From contig OZ220691.1 in assembly GCA_965116475.1 (NCBI GenBank), positions 672,001 to 736,000 of the forward strand: 64,000 nt of DNA. The letters run 5' to 3'. The position numbers and the translations under genes are program-made. Source of the DNA: Gemmatimonadota bacterium (GTDB lineage Bacteria; Gemmatimonadota; Gemmatimonadetes; Palauibacterales; Palauibacteraceae). The notes beneath the pieces were generated by a model. The model made no database searches, was not told the origin of the DNA, and saw only the letters and a program-made list of their open reading frames with translations. Below, one piece after another: positions 1 to 9,738 of the stretch. Within the stretch, counting starts at the first letter, position 1, and each line of letters starts with the position of its first letter.

Positions 1-839
1 CCGATCAGGCCGACGTGCAGGCCGGAGATCGCGAGCAGGTGTATGATCCCGGCCCCGACGAACGCCTCTCTCGTCGCGGGGTCCAGGGTGCTGCGGTCGG
101 CGAGCAGCAGCGCCTTGCCGATCGCCCGGTGCTCGGGGGCGAGCCGGGCGTCGAGCCGGGCGAGCAGCCCGGCCCGCCATGCAATGACCCAGCGGCCGAG
201 GCCGCGCAGGCCCACCGCGTCCGCGGGGACATCCAGCGGCTCCAGCGTCGCGCCGCCGATCCAGCCCAGCGTCGCGGGCGGGCGGGGCAGCCGCTTCCGC
301 CCCGCGTCCGGGTCGGTCCCGCCCGCCGTGCGCCATGTGCCCCGGGCCAGCACCGCCGCGCCGGCTTCCCGTCCCGCGCCGGGCCGCACGAAGGCGCGCA
401 CCGCGCCCAGGCGGCAGATCCGCCCCTCCGACACGATGCGGACGTCGCGGATCGACACCCGGACCGGGCCGGCACCCCGGCCCGCCGGCCGCTCCGGCAC
501 CGCGTCGGCGAGCGTGCCGACCGCCGCGACCGGGGCGCCCGCCTCGAGCGTGGCGACACAGGCCCTCAGCGCCGCGGTGCCGCTCGGCAGCCCCGCCAGC
601 AACCCGGCCACGGCGGCGAGCGCCAACGAGGGGCCCACCGTGGCGCGTGGAGGGATCCCGCCGGCCCGGCCGGCGGCGCGGAGCACGGCCCGGCCGACGA
701 TGACGCAGAGGAGCCCCGCCGCGATCGCCGCGGGAGCGTGAAGGGCGACGGCGTCGGCCCGGGCGAGCGCGAGCCCGGCCACATCCCCGGCGGCGAGCGC
801 CAGGGCCGTCAGGAGCAGGGGCGACAGGGAACGGGACGT
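1..839 (-). CDS. comEC: ComEC/Rec2 DNA uptake protein, N-terminal part (runs off the window start)
   Basis: Not in the ORF track. Manual translation gives hydrophobic N-terminal segments, then ...GKALLLADRSTLDPATREAFVGAGIIHLLAISGLHVGLI, the ComEC HLLAISGLHV motif. Start uncertain: in-frame GTG at 782, frame open up to about 842. Confidence 0.88.
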
Positions 840-919
840 CGATCAGCCTCCGGGCGCAGGGTACACCCTACGCTCCGAGCGGGCGTCAACCGTCCATCAA
901 ACCGTTCAGCAAACGTCCA

Positions 920-1249
920 TCAAAGGAGGGGACTCGGCTCCGACCGTTCCGGTGGGCTCGTGGGCTCCGGGGGAGCCGGGAACTCCGACGCGGGCGGCGG
1001 CTCGTACGCGAGCCGCGCCGATGCCGCGCGGTCCGCCAGGCGCCGGGCGCGGCGCTCGGCCCGCCACGCAAGCAGACCCGAGAGGCCCATCCCCCCAAGG
1101 ATGGAGGCGAAGACGACGAGCGAGAGCGGCGCCCGGATGCGGAGGAAGGGCAGCACGACGTTCACGAGCTCGTTCCCGTTCCGCACCGAAAACCAGAACG
1201 CCGCGAGGATGACGACGACGAAGGCGAGGAGCCGCATCACGAAGCGCAT
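920..1249 (-). CDS. LapA-family (DUF1049-like) small membrane protein
   Basis: MRFVMRLLAFVVVILAAFWFSVRNGNELVNV...PLSLVVFASILGG has two TM segments and a charged tail. ATG overlaps the miaB stop. Confidence 0.7.
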   Translation of the reverse strand: MRFVMRLLAFVVVILAAFWFSVRNGNELVNVVLPFLRIRAPLSLVVFASILGGMGLSGLLAWRAERRARRLADRAASARLAYEPPPASEFPAPPEPTSPPERSEPSPLL

Positions 1250-2628
1250 CAGCAGGGCTGCCCCATGAAGGTCGCGCCCGTCGTCCCCGTGAGCCGAACC
1301 TGCGCGTACGTACCGATCCGGCAAGGGTCTCCGGGAAAGGCGACGACCTTGTTCTGCTCCGTCCTGCCCAGCACGTCGCCCGCCGAGCGCGCGGAGCGCT
1401 CGATCAGCACCTCGCGCCGCGAACCCACCTCGGACTCGTTGATGTCGCGCTGGATCGCGCGGTGCTCGCCGATCAGGCGTTCCAGCCGCTCCGAACCCAC
1501 GTCGTCCGGCACAAAATCCGGGGCCGGGAAGCGCGTGGCCGGCGTCCCTTCGCGCAGCGAGTACTTGTACAGATACGCATCGTCGAACCGCACGTGCCGC
1601 ATCAGCTCCAGCGTGGCCTCAAAATCCGCCTCTGCCTCCCCGGGGAAGCCGACGATCACATCCGTGGAGAGCGCGATGCCGGGCACCTCGTGGCGCGCGG
1701 CCTCGACCTTCTCGAGAAACCCCTCGCTCGTGTAGCGTCGGACCATGCGCTTGAGGATGCGATCGGAGCCCGACTGCACGGGCAGGTGGAGCTGGCGGCA
1801 GACGGTCGGCTCCGCCGCCATCACCTCGAGCAGTTCCGGCGTCACATCGTTGGGATGGGGAGAGGTGAAACGGACGCGCCGGATGCCGTCCACGCGGCTC
1901 ACGGCCCGCAGCAGCGCCGCGAAGTTCCAGTCTCCAAACTCGTACGAGTTCACGGTCTGACCGAGCAGTACGACTTCGGTGAACCCCTCTTCCACGGCGC
2001 GCCGGGTCTCGGCGAGGACCGCCTCGGGCGTCCGGTTCTTCTCGGGTCCCCTCACATAGGGGACGATGCAGAAGGTGCAGCGATGATCGCAGCCGCGCTG
2101 GACCGTGATCCAGGCGCTTACGCCTTCTCGCCTCACGCTGTTCACGCCCTCGTAGTTCTCCTCCCCGTCGAGTCCGAGCAGCGTCTGGCCGCGCTCGATC
2201 GCATTCGTCCGGATCGAACCGATGAGTTCCGGGAGGGCGCGGTAGGCATCCGGTCCGGCCACAAGGTCCACGCCCGCCGACTCCTCGATGAGCCGCGGGC
2301 CCAGCCGCTGCGCCATGCACCCCGTCACGCCCAGCACGAGACCGGCATGCCGCTTGCGGTGCCGCTGCAGCTCGCCGATCCGGCCGCGAACGCGCCGTTC
2401 CGCGTGCTCGCGAATCGCGCAGGTGTTCACGAGGATGACATCGGCGCGCTCGGGCGCATCCACGCTCACGAAACCCTCGTCGACGAGCAGCCCCTCCATC
2501 AACTCGGTGTCGTTGATGTTCATCTGACACCCGTAGGTCTCGATGTAGACCCGCCCTCCGAGCGGGCGAGGGTCGCGCGGGCGATCCGCGCCGGGCGTCT
2601 TCAGGGTGACGAGCTTCGTCCTCTCCAT
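1249..2628 (-). CDS. miaB: tRNA-2-methylthio-N6-dimethylallyladenosine synthase
   Basis: YIETYGCQMN UPF0004 domain, radical SAM motif GCDHRCTFC, C-terminal TRAM domain. Confidence 0.97.
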   Translation of the reverse strand: MERTKLVTLKTPGADRPRDPRPLGGRVYIETYGCQMNINDTELMEGLLVDEGFVSVDAPERADVILVNTCAIREHAERRVRGRIGELQRHRKRHAGLVLGVTGCMAQRLGPRLIEESAGVDLVAGPDAYRALPELIGSIRTNAIERGQTLLGLDGEENYEGVNSVRREGVSAWITVQRGCDHRCTFCIVPYVRGPEKNRTPEAVLAETRRAVEEGFTEVVLLGQTVNSYEFGDWNFAALLRAVSRVDGIRRVRFTSPHPNDVTPELLEVMAAEPTVCRQLHLPVQSGSDRILKRMVRRYTSEGFLEKVEAARHEVPGIALSTDVIVGFPGEAEADFEATLELMRHVRFDDAYLYKYSLREGTPATRFPAPDFVPDDVGSERLERLIGEHRAIQRDINESEVGSRREVLIERSARSAGDVLGRTEQNKVVAFPGDPCRIGTYAQVRLTGTTGATFMGQPC

Positions 2629-2634
2629 CGGGGT

Positions 2635-3831
2635 TCACCGCTGCCGAAGGGAGAAGGAGAGGGTGACGCGCCGGAAGCTCTCCGCGAAGCCGGCCGTCGT
2701 GACGTCGCCGCGCGATCCGCTCTCGAAGGCGAGGTCGAAGACGGCCAGTCCCTGCTGGAACTCCCAGCCGAAGCCGCCAGTTAAGGCGGACTCCCTGAGC
2801 GCTTCGGCGCCTCGGCTGAAGGGGAGCCCGGTCGTCCGCCATCCGGCGCGAACCGGCAACCTCCCACCGAGCAGGGAGAGGGCGCCGTATTCGACGCCCC
2901 CGCCCAGCCATGCGACGTCGTGGGAGTGGAATGCGGAGCTGGCTGCGGCGGTGCGCGACCCCACGGCCGACCACCCGGCCCGGCCACCGCCGGCGGTGAC
3001 GAGGAGTTGATCCGTCACGCGCACGCTGCCGCCGACTTCGATCGAGGTCGGCAGATCGAACTCCGCCTCGGGTTCTTCCGCCGCTTCCGGGGTCGCGTAC
3101 AGCGTCCCTCCCGTCCCGAGCGCCACGCCCGCCACGACGCGGTCTCCGAGCCGAATCGACCCGCCCGCCCGGAAGCGCCAGGCTCGCCATGAGAGCTCCC
3201 TCGCCCCCGCGATGCCGCCGAGCGCCGGAGCTCCTCCCACCGGATCGTCGAACTGACGGAAGAACGACTGCCGGAGGGAGCCGGTCAGCCGCTGCGCCGA
3301 GATCCCGAGGCCCAGCGGCCCCAGGCGACGCGCCAGCGACGCGTCGATCGTACTGATCCCGCCGTTGTGTTCCCGCGTCTCCTCGTACGGAACCGAGCCA
3401 TCGTTCAGGCGCAGCGTGTCCTGCAGGATGTTCGACCAGTCCTGATCGAACTCGCCGCCGAAAGCCAGGCTGAAGGCCCAGTCGTTGCTGGGGACGAGCG
3501 CGCGGATCGTCGTGAACCGTCCCCGGCCCGTGTCGAACGACCGGCTGTCGCTCTCCAGGGTCACGCCCTCGCTGGCCAGCGAGACGGAGAAGCCGGGTTC
3601 CGTATGGAGAAGAAGGTCGGCCGGGTTCGTGAGGCTGTAGGACCCGCCGAACAGGCCGGAGCCCGATCCGCCGAGCGCGGCCGACCGGCCATCCACGGGC
3701 GCGACCGGATAGCCGAGCCCGACCGCCGTGAACGGCGTCTGGGCGGAAAGAGCCACCGGCGGAGCCGCCAGCGCGGCGAGGGCGAACCCGGCCCGGACTC
3801 CCTCCCGGAACCTTCGGAAGGGCGCCATCAC
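2635..3831 (-). CDS. Outer-membrane beta-barrel protein (FadL/PorV-like)
   Basis: Signal peptide, then SALGG...NPA N-terminus typical of FadL-like barrels, and alternating beta-strand pattern to the C-terminus. Confidence 0.6.
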   Translation of the reverse strand: MMAPFRRFREGVRAGFALAALAAPPVALSAQTPFTAVGLGYPVAPVDGRSAALGGSGSGLFGGSYSLTNPADLLLHTEPGFSVSLASEGVTLESDSRSFDTGRGRFTTIRALVPSNDWAFSLAFGGEFDQDWSNILQDTLRLNDGSVPYEETREHNGGISTIDASLARRLGPLGLGISAQRLTGSLRQSFFRQFDDPVGGAPALGGIAGARELSWRAWRFRAGGSIRLGDRVVAGVALGTGGTLYATPEAAEEPEAEFDLPTSIEVGGSVRVTDQLLVTAGGGRAGWSAVGSRTAAASSAFHSHDVAWLGGGVEYGALSLLGGRLPVRAGWRTTGLPFSRGAEALRESALTGGFGWEFQQGLAVFDLAFESGSRGDVTTAGFAESFRRVTLSFSLRQR

Positions 3832-5060
3832 GGCACCCTGAAGTCAGGTGGGGAGCTGAACACGATGCGGAGCCGCGGCCGGAGTTCCGGCGGCGATTCG
3901 GCGGAACCGAACTCCCAGTAGCCCAGCGCCTGCGCATCCGGATCCGCCCGAAAGCCCATCCGGATGCGCCTCAGCGAATCCTGGACGGCCCGCGCCATCA
4001 GCAGCGTGATGTCGAGGCGCACCGGCTCACCCTCCCGGAGTCTCGCGGGGTCGAGCGTCGTCGTGGCCGCGTCTCCGCTCCCGATCGGGGTTTTCTCGCC
4101 GATCAGGAACGGGTCGCCGAGCAGGCTCACCTTTCGGGCCTGGATCGTGCGCTCCGCCGCGTACAGATCCGGCGCGGCCAGCGGATACAGGATGACTTCG
4201 GCCTGACTGACCGTAGCCCCCTCGAGCCCTGCTTCCCCGAGGAAACCGGGCGGCACGAACTCGAAGTAGATGCGCGAGGCGGGGAGGCCGCCGACGCGAA
4301 GCTCCGTGCCCGTCGGGGGCTGCGGCGGATCCAGGATGAACGCGCGATCGTCCCACAACTGGGTCTGCGGCACCGGGAGCGTCCGCCCGACGAGGGTCGG
4401 ATCGTACCGGAGGACCATCTGCGTGACCCGGAGCTTCGTTTCGGGGCCGTCCAGCACGATGGCGAAACCGTTGCCCCCGTCCTCCCTCTGCCACGCCTTC
4501 ATCAGCGAGTCCTCCGCCACGGCCGGCGTCATGTGGAGCGTATCCGAGACCGCCTCCAGCACGGCCGACGCGATCTCGACCCCGAGGCTGCCCCCCGGCT
4601 CCGTCCACGGAACCCCGGCGGCTGCCTCCCGCCACGTCGCGACATGAGGCTCGAAACGCTCCCCGAGCTGGACGAGTTTCACGGTGACGGGGAAGTCCGT
4701 GAACTCCGACCGGATCGTGTCGAAGCGGAGCTCGAACTCCACCTCCTCGAATCTTGCCACCGGCAGCGTGTCGACGAAGGTCCGAATCGTGTCGGGGACG
4801 TTGAAGCGCGCGAGCCCCCGACTCGACACATCCGTGCCGGCCGAGGCGTACACGAACGGCGCGGTGGAAGGCCCGGCGAAGCCGGTCAGCGTCGTATCCC
4901 GCCAGGTCGACAGTTCCGAAACGGAGATCGTGAAGTCTCGCGTCTCCACGCCGGCGCCCGGCACCTCCTCGGAGCCCAGGGAGAGCGGGTCCTCCGCGCA
5001 CGCGCCCAGCAGCACCGCGAGGACCGCCGTAACGAGCGCCGCACGTCTCCGCCCGTTCAC
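3828..5060 (-). CDS. Hypothetical lipoprotein
   Basis: GTG at 5060 overlaps the cdd stop. MNGRRRAALVTAVLAVLLGAC lipobox. The track ORF is over-extended upstream. Confidence 0.7.
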   Translation of the reverse strand: MNGRRRAALVTAVLAVLLGACAEDPLSLGSEEVPGAGVETRDFTISVSELSTWRDTTLTGFAGPSTAPFVYASAGTDVSSRGLARFNVPDTIRTFVDTLPVARFEEVEFELRFDTIRSEFTDFPVTVKLVQLGERFEPHVATWREAAAGVPWTEPGGSLGVEIASAVLEAVSDTLHMTPAVAEDSLMKAWQREDGGNGFAIVLDGPETKLRVTQMVLRYDPTLVGRTLPVPQTQLWDDRAFILDPPQPPTGTELRVGGLPASRIYFEFVPPGFLGEAGLEGATVSQAEVILYPLAAPDLYAAERTIQARKVSLLGDPFLIGEKTPIGSGDAATTTLDPARLREGEPVRLDITLLMARAVQDSLRRIRMGFRADPDAQALGYWEFGSAESPPELRPRLRIVFSSPPDFRVP

Positions 5061-5503
5061 GGGGCCGTCTCCGCCGGCGCGGCCATCCGTTCGAGCGAGA
5101 AGCTCGCCGGCAGCAGATCGCGCAGCCGCCAGACGGCCGACTCCCCGTCCGTTCCCATGCTCATGACCTCGAGTTCCCGGCCGAACTCGGCGAGCGCCTG
5201 GCGGCACATGCCGCACGGAGGGGCCGGGACGGCGCCGCTCGTCACGATCGCGATGCGCGAGAAGGCCCGCGCTCCCGAGACCACCGCGTGCCCCAGCGCG
5301 ACGCGTTCCGCGCACGTCCCGACGGGGTACGAGGCGTTCTCCACGTTGCAGCCGGCGAAGACCCGGCCGTCGTCGGCCTCGAGCGCGGCGCCGACCAGGA
5401 AACGGGAATACGGAGCGTATGCACGCTCGCGGGCGGCCCTCGCGCGCGCGGCGAGATCTTCCCACGAGAGCGGGGCTCCGGCTGTCACTCGAGTCTCGGT
5501 CAT
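5057..5503 (-). CDS. cdd: Cytidine deaminase
   Basis: AYAPYSRF, GCNVENASY, CAER and PCGMCRQ zinc motifs. Confidence 0.95.
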   Translation of the reverse strand: MTETRVTAGAPLSWEDLAARARAARERAYAPYSRFLVGAALEADDGRVFAGCNVENASYPVGTCAERVALGHAVVSGARAFSRIAIVTSGAVPAPPCGMCRQALAEFGRELEVMSMGTDGESAVWRLRDLLPASFSLERMAAPAETAP

Positions 5504-6717
5504 CGGCTTCCATCGGCGGCGTCGGCCGGCCCGCCCACGTAGTGTCGGGGCAAACGGCGTCCGATCGCCGTAAGCACCTCGTATTCGATCGTGCCGGCGG
5601 TGTCCGCAAAATCCGCCAGCGCGATCTCCTCCCCTCCGTCACGGCCCAGGAACGTGGCCACGTCCGCAGCTTCGACACCCGGCGCGCCGGAAACGTCTAC
5701 CGACGTGACGTCCATGCAGACGCCGCCCCGGATCGGCACGCGGACTCCGCGGATGAGCGACTGTCCCCGGTTCGACAGGCGCCACGGCAGCCCATCCGCG
5801 TATCCCATCCCCACGGTGGCGAGACGTTCGCCGCGCTTCGTCGTGTAGGTGGCCCCGTAGCTGACGGTCGAGCCCGGCGCCAGGTCACGAACTTCCAGCA
5901 CTCTCGCGCGTACCCGCGCCACACTCTCCGGGTCCGCCAGCGCGCCGGCGGCGCCCGCCCCCCGCCGTCCTCCGTACAGATAGATCCCCGGTCTGACGAG
6001 CCCCAGATGATACTGCGGATCCGCCATCACCGCATCGCTGTTCGCCGCGTGCAGGAAGGGGACCTCGACGCCGGCCTCCTCCAGGATCGATGCGGCTCGC
6101 CGCAAGCGGGTCAACTGAAGGGACGTCGCGGCGGGATCCGTGCCGGCGGAATGGAAATGGGTGTAGACGCTCGCCAGCGTCACGCCGCCCAGCGAGAGGA
6201 TCGACGAGACTTCCGGGGTCCACGCCGCGGCGTCGGCCGCCGGGAGGCCCGCGCGACCCATGCCGGTGTCGACCTCCAGGTGGACGGGGATCCGGGTGGA
6301 CGCCGCCCGCGCGCCGGCTTCGAGCGTCGCGAACGATGCCAGGCTCAGCGCCGCGCTCTCGAGCCGCGCCTCGAGGAGCTGGGAGATCTCGGCGGTGGCC
6401 GAGGGGGCGAAGACGATGATGCGGCGCCCGATCCCGCCCCGTCGGAGTTCGGCGCCTTCCGGCGGCGTCGCGACCCCGAAGGCGTAGGGCTCCAGCCGGT
6501 CCAGGACGCGGGCGACCTCGATCGCGCCGAGCCCGTACGCGTCCGCCTTGACCATGGGGACGAAGCGGGCGGGGGCCGCATGTTTCGCCACGCGCCGGGC
6601 ATTCCGCGACAGCGCGGCCAGATCGACCTCGAGCCACGCTCGGTATGGGGGATCTTCGCGGCTGCGGGTCAAGCGTCGCCGGGGGTTCGGGGGTCGAATG
6701 CAGCGGCGTCCTGCCAC
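5500..6717 (-). CDS. alr: Alanine racemase
   Basis: VKADAYGLG PLP-Lys motif, VDTGMGRAG, GYADG, CMD. The true start is probably slightly downstream of 6717. Confidence 0.95.
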   Translation of the reverse strand: MAGRRCIRPPNPRRRLTRSREDPPYRAWLEVDLAALSRNARRVAKHAAPARFVPMVKADAYGLGAIEVARVLDRLEPYAFGVATPPEGAELRRGGIGRRIIVFAPSATAEISQLLEARLESAALSLASFATLEAGARAASTRIPVHLEVDTGMGRAGLPAADAAAWTPEVSSILSLGGVTLASVYTHFHSAGTDPAATSLQLTRLRRAASILEEAGVEVPFLHAANSDAVMADPQYHLGLVRPGIYLYGGRRGAGAAGALADPESVARVRARVLEVRDLAPGSTVSYGATYTTKRGERLATVGMGYADGLPWRLSNRGQSLIRGVRVPIRGGVCMDVTSVDVSGAPGVEAADVATFLGRDGGEEIALADFADTAGTIEYEVLTAIGRRLPRHYVGGPADAADGSR

Positions 6718-6737
6718 GGGATGATACCTTCGCCGTC

Positions 6738-7586
6738 ATGCAGGAGCCAACCGCCGCCGATCTCGAGACACTCCACGCGGAGGAAGCGCGCGAAGGGGAC
6801 GATGCCCTCGCCCGCGCCCTCGCCCTCGTCCGCTTCCTGCGCCTCCGCTGTCCCTGGGACGCGAAGCAGACGCCGCAGACGCTCCGTCCGTATCTCCTCG
6901 AGGAGGCGCACGAGGTCGCGGACGCGATCCGGGCCGGAGACGACGCCGACCTGCGGGGAGAACTCGGCGACCTGCTCCTGAATGTCGCCTTCCAGATCGT
7001 GCTCGCCGAAGAGCGCGGCGCCTTCGCGGCCGACGACGTCGTCGAAGCGCTGGAGGCGAAGATGGAGGCCCGCCACCCGCACGTGTACGGCGATGCCGAC
7101 GCCCCGCCCGACTGGGAGTCGCTCAAGGCGGCGGAGCGCGAGTCTCCGGACGATCCCTTCCACGGGGTCTCGGCCGGACTCGACCCGCTCAGCCGCTCGG
7201 CGCGCGTGCAGGAGCGGATGGCCGGGTTCGGGTTCGACTGGCCCGATCTCGCCGGACCCGTGGAGAAGGTGCGCGAGGAGACGGCGGAACTCGAGCGCGC
7301 GGCTGCCGAAAGCGCAGCCGGGCCTCCCGAACCGGGGGCGCCGCCCCGGATCGGAGAAGCGAGCCCGGAGGTCGTCGAGGAGGTCGGAGATCTGCTCTTC
7401 GCGGTGGTGAACGCCTCGCGGTGGGCCGGCGTTCACCCGGCCAACGCGCTTCTCGGCGCGGTCGAGAAATTCGAGCGCCGCTGCCGGCGCATGATCGAGG
7501 TGGCGGAGAGCCGCGACATCGAGTGGAAGCACGCGGACCTCGCGACCCTCGACGCCGTGTGGGAGGAAGTGAAAGCCGACGAATAG
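6738..7586 (+). CDS. mazG: MazG nucleoside triphosphate pyrophosphohydrolase
   Basis: CPWDAKQT, LLEEAHEV, ELGDLL, RHPHVYG, GFDWP and a second EVGDLLF motif. Confidence 0.93.
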   Translation: MQEPTAADLETLHAEEAREGDDALARALALVRFLRLRCPWDAKQTPQTLRPYLLEEAHEVADAIRAGDDADLRGELGDLLLNVAFQIVLAEERGAFAADDVVEALEAKMEARHPHVYGDADAPPDWESLKAAERESPDDPFHGVSAGLDPLSRSARVQERMAGFGFDWPDLAGPVEKVREETAELERAAAESAAGPPEPGAPPRIGEASPEVVEEVGDLLFAVVNASRWAGVHPANALLGAVEKFERRCRRMIEVAESRDIEWKHADLATLDAVWEEVKADE

Positions 7587-7631
7587 CGGCCACGGCCTGC
7601 TCCCGCCGGGGCCGCCGCGGCAGGCTGTCGC

Positions 7632-8297
7632 TCAGGCGAGGTCCGTGAGTTCGTAGATGTTGCAGACCCGCCACGCGGTCTCAGTCCCGGCCCCGGTCCC
7701 TGACCGCTTCATCTCGACGGGGGCGAGGATCCTCCGGTAGGCCTCGCCCTCGAAGGCATCGAGCCGGTCCCACGCGTCGGGGAGCGCGAGACTCTCGAAC
7801 ACCTTCACCGCGACCCGGTCGCCGGAATCTCCGGGGACGAACCCGGGATAGCCCTGTCGCGCCGCCCAGCCGCGGTCGTGAAGCGTACCCGCGACCGTTC
7901 CCTCCACCCAGCTCCCGACGAGCGTCGCCACATGATGATGGTTGTTCTCGCCGGGGAGGAGGGACCCGTACGCGGCCAGACGCCGCTCCGGATGGTCGAG
8001 CAGGGCCTCGATCAGCCGTTCGAGGATCGGTTCGAGGTATTCCCGCAACGCCGCGGCGCCGGTGTCCGCGCCCGGCTCGGCCAGCAGCGTCTCGAGTTCC
8101 GCCAGCGCCGCCGCCGCGCCCGGCCGACGGTCCTCGGTCGGCGGAACGGCGGCCAGTTCCTCGAACCCCGACAGCAGGGCGGCGAGGCGGGCGGAACTGC
8201 GTTCGGGGGCGAGCCGCGCTTCGTTGAGGCGGGAGAGCGCGCCCCGCAGGAGCGCCGGGTCGCGGATCGCGTCCGGCGCCGGGCCGTCCGCGGTCAC
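7632..8297 (-). CDS. Gamma-glutamylcyclotransferase (AIG2-like) family protein
   Basis: AYGSLLPGENNHH...GYPG...LDAFEGEAYRR. Confidence 0.75.
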   Translation of the reverse strand: MTADGPAPDAIRDPALLRGALSRLNEARLAPERSSARLAALLSGFEELAAVPPTEDRRPGAAAALAELETLLAEPGADTGAAALREYLEPILERLIEALLDHPERRLAAYGSLLPGENNHHHVATLVGSWVEGTVAGTLHDRGWAARQGYPGFVPGDSGDRVAVKVFESLALPDAWDRLDAFEGEAYRRILAPVEMKRSGTGAGTETAWRVCNIYELTDLA

Positions 8298-9271
8298 GGC
8301 CCGTCCCGCGACCGCTGCTGGAGGAAGGCGTGCACCCCGGGCCAGAACAGCGCCGGCTGCTCGATGAACGGGAAGTGTCCCGAACCGTCGACCCGAATCA
8401 GACGGCTGTCCGGCAGGGCGTCGTTCATCTCCTGCACCATTTCGATGGGGATGGGATCCCGCGCGCCGTGCACGATGAGCACCGGGACCTCGATCTGGCC
8501 GAGACGGTCCCAGAAGTCGAGCCCCTGGAGCGGCGCCATGAGCAGGCTCGCGACGAGCTGGCCCTGGCTCGCCGTCCGCTCGTGCAGGGAGAGGCGAAGC
8601 AGGCTGTCCGCCACGCCGGCGTCCGCGAACGTCCCGCGGAAGACGTGGAAGAAGACCTGGCTGATGGCCTCCGCCTCACGCGCCGCGAACTCCGGCGTCC
8701 CCCGAATCGAGTCGATGGCCGCGAGGTCGGCCGAATCCCGCCTGGCCAGCTGGTCCTCGTCGGTCTGTTCCCGATACCGGCTGCCCGGCTCGACGGGCGC
8801 GACGAGGATGAGCGCCGCCAGCCGCTCGGGGCGCTCCAGGGCGTAGAGGAGGGCCGGAATCGCTCCCCAGGAGTGCGCCAGCAGCGTGATCTTCTCGCGT
8901 TGCGCGACGCGTTCGCGGATTCGGTCGATGTCCGTCAGGTAGCGCTCCATCGAGAGGCTCGCCGCGTTCACGGCGGCCCTGGACGCCCCGAGGCCCCGCT
9001 GATCGTAGAAGACGACCTGGTGCGTCTCGGCCAGCGGTCCGAACCACGGACGAAGGTAGGAGTGGTCGAGGCCCGGGCCGCCGTGGACGACGACGATGGG
9101 CTCGCCGACCCCAACCGTCTGGTAGAAGAGTTCCGCCTCGAAGACGGAGAGGGAGCCCGCTCGGGTCGGCGGCCCCGCGTCGGAGGCGGGAGCATCGCAC
9201 CCCGCCGTGAGAGCCGTGAGAGCCGTGAGAACGGCGAGGCCGGAGGCGGCGCGCGCGCGGGGGCCGGTCAG
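8294..9271 (-). CDS. Alpha/beta hydrolase lipoprotein (proline iminopeptidase-like)
   Basis: The frame extends upstream of the track ORF through LTAGC (lipobox), HGGPG and YDQRG, then AHSWG nucleophile and GHFPF. Probable CTG start at 9271 overlaps the upstream TGA. Confidence 0.85.
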   Translation of the reverse strand: MTGPRARAASGLAVLTALTALTAGCDAPASDAGPPTRAGSLSVFEAELFYQTVGVGEPIVVVHGGPGLDHSYLRPWFGPLAETHQVVFYDQRGLGASRAAVNAASLSMERYLTDIDRIRERVAQREKITLLAHSWGAIPALLYALERPERLAALILVAPVEPGSRYREQTDEDQLARRDSADLAAIDSIRGTPEFAAREAEAISQVFFHVFRGTFADAGVADSLLRLSLHERTASQGQLVASLLMAPLQGLDFWDRLGQIEVPVLIVHGARDPIPIEMVQEMNDALPDSRLIRVDGSGHFPFIEQPALFWPGVHAFLQQRSRDGP

Positions 9272-9738
9272 GATTCCCAGGCCACCGAGTCGCCGAGGGC
9301 GAGGGGGCCGCCCTCGAGGACCATCCCGTACGCGCCGCCGCGCCAGTCGGGCGCCAGCGCCGCCTTGAGCCCGGGCGCCGCATCCTCCATGCGTTCGCAG
9401 GGCAGCGTCTCGCCCCGGATGCGGATGCGGCAGCCCGCGATCCGCAGCACCCGGTTCGCCGTCTCCGAGAAGTCGACGCCCCGCACGAGCAGGTTGGCCC
9501 GGCGGGCGTCGGGGGCCAGGTCGACGCCGACCTCCCGTGTCGCCGTCTCCCAGGCGTCCGCGTCGAGGAGCGTCACCTGCCGGTAGCCGCCGCGGTCGAC
9601 GTTCCCCTCCAGCCCCTTGCCCGCGACGAGGGTGGCTTCCGGGACCGGCTCCATGGGGCCCTTCCGCGCCGACTTGAGCCAGATCGCCTCGAGCCGCGCC
9701 CCTCCGGAGCCCGCCGACCCGGCGGTGGACTCAGCCAT
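9268..9738 (-). CDS. MOSC domain protein
   Basis: GLEGN...RQVTL...RRANL...PCERME...GG. Confidence 0.88.
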   Translation of the reverse strand: MAESTAGSAGSGGARLEAIWLKSARKGPMEPVPEATLVAGKGLEGNVDRGGYRQVTLLDADAWETATREVGVDLAPDARRANLLVRGVDFSETANRVLRIAGCRIRIRGETLPCERMEDAAPGLKAALAPDWRGGAYGMVLEGGPLALGDSVAWES

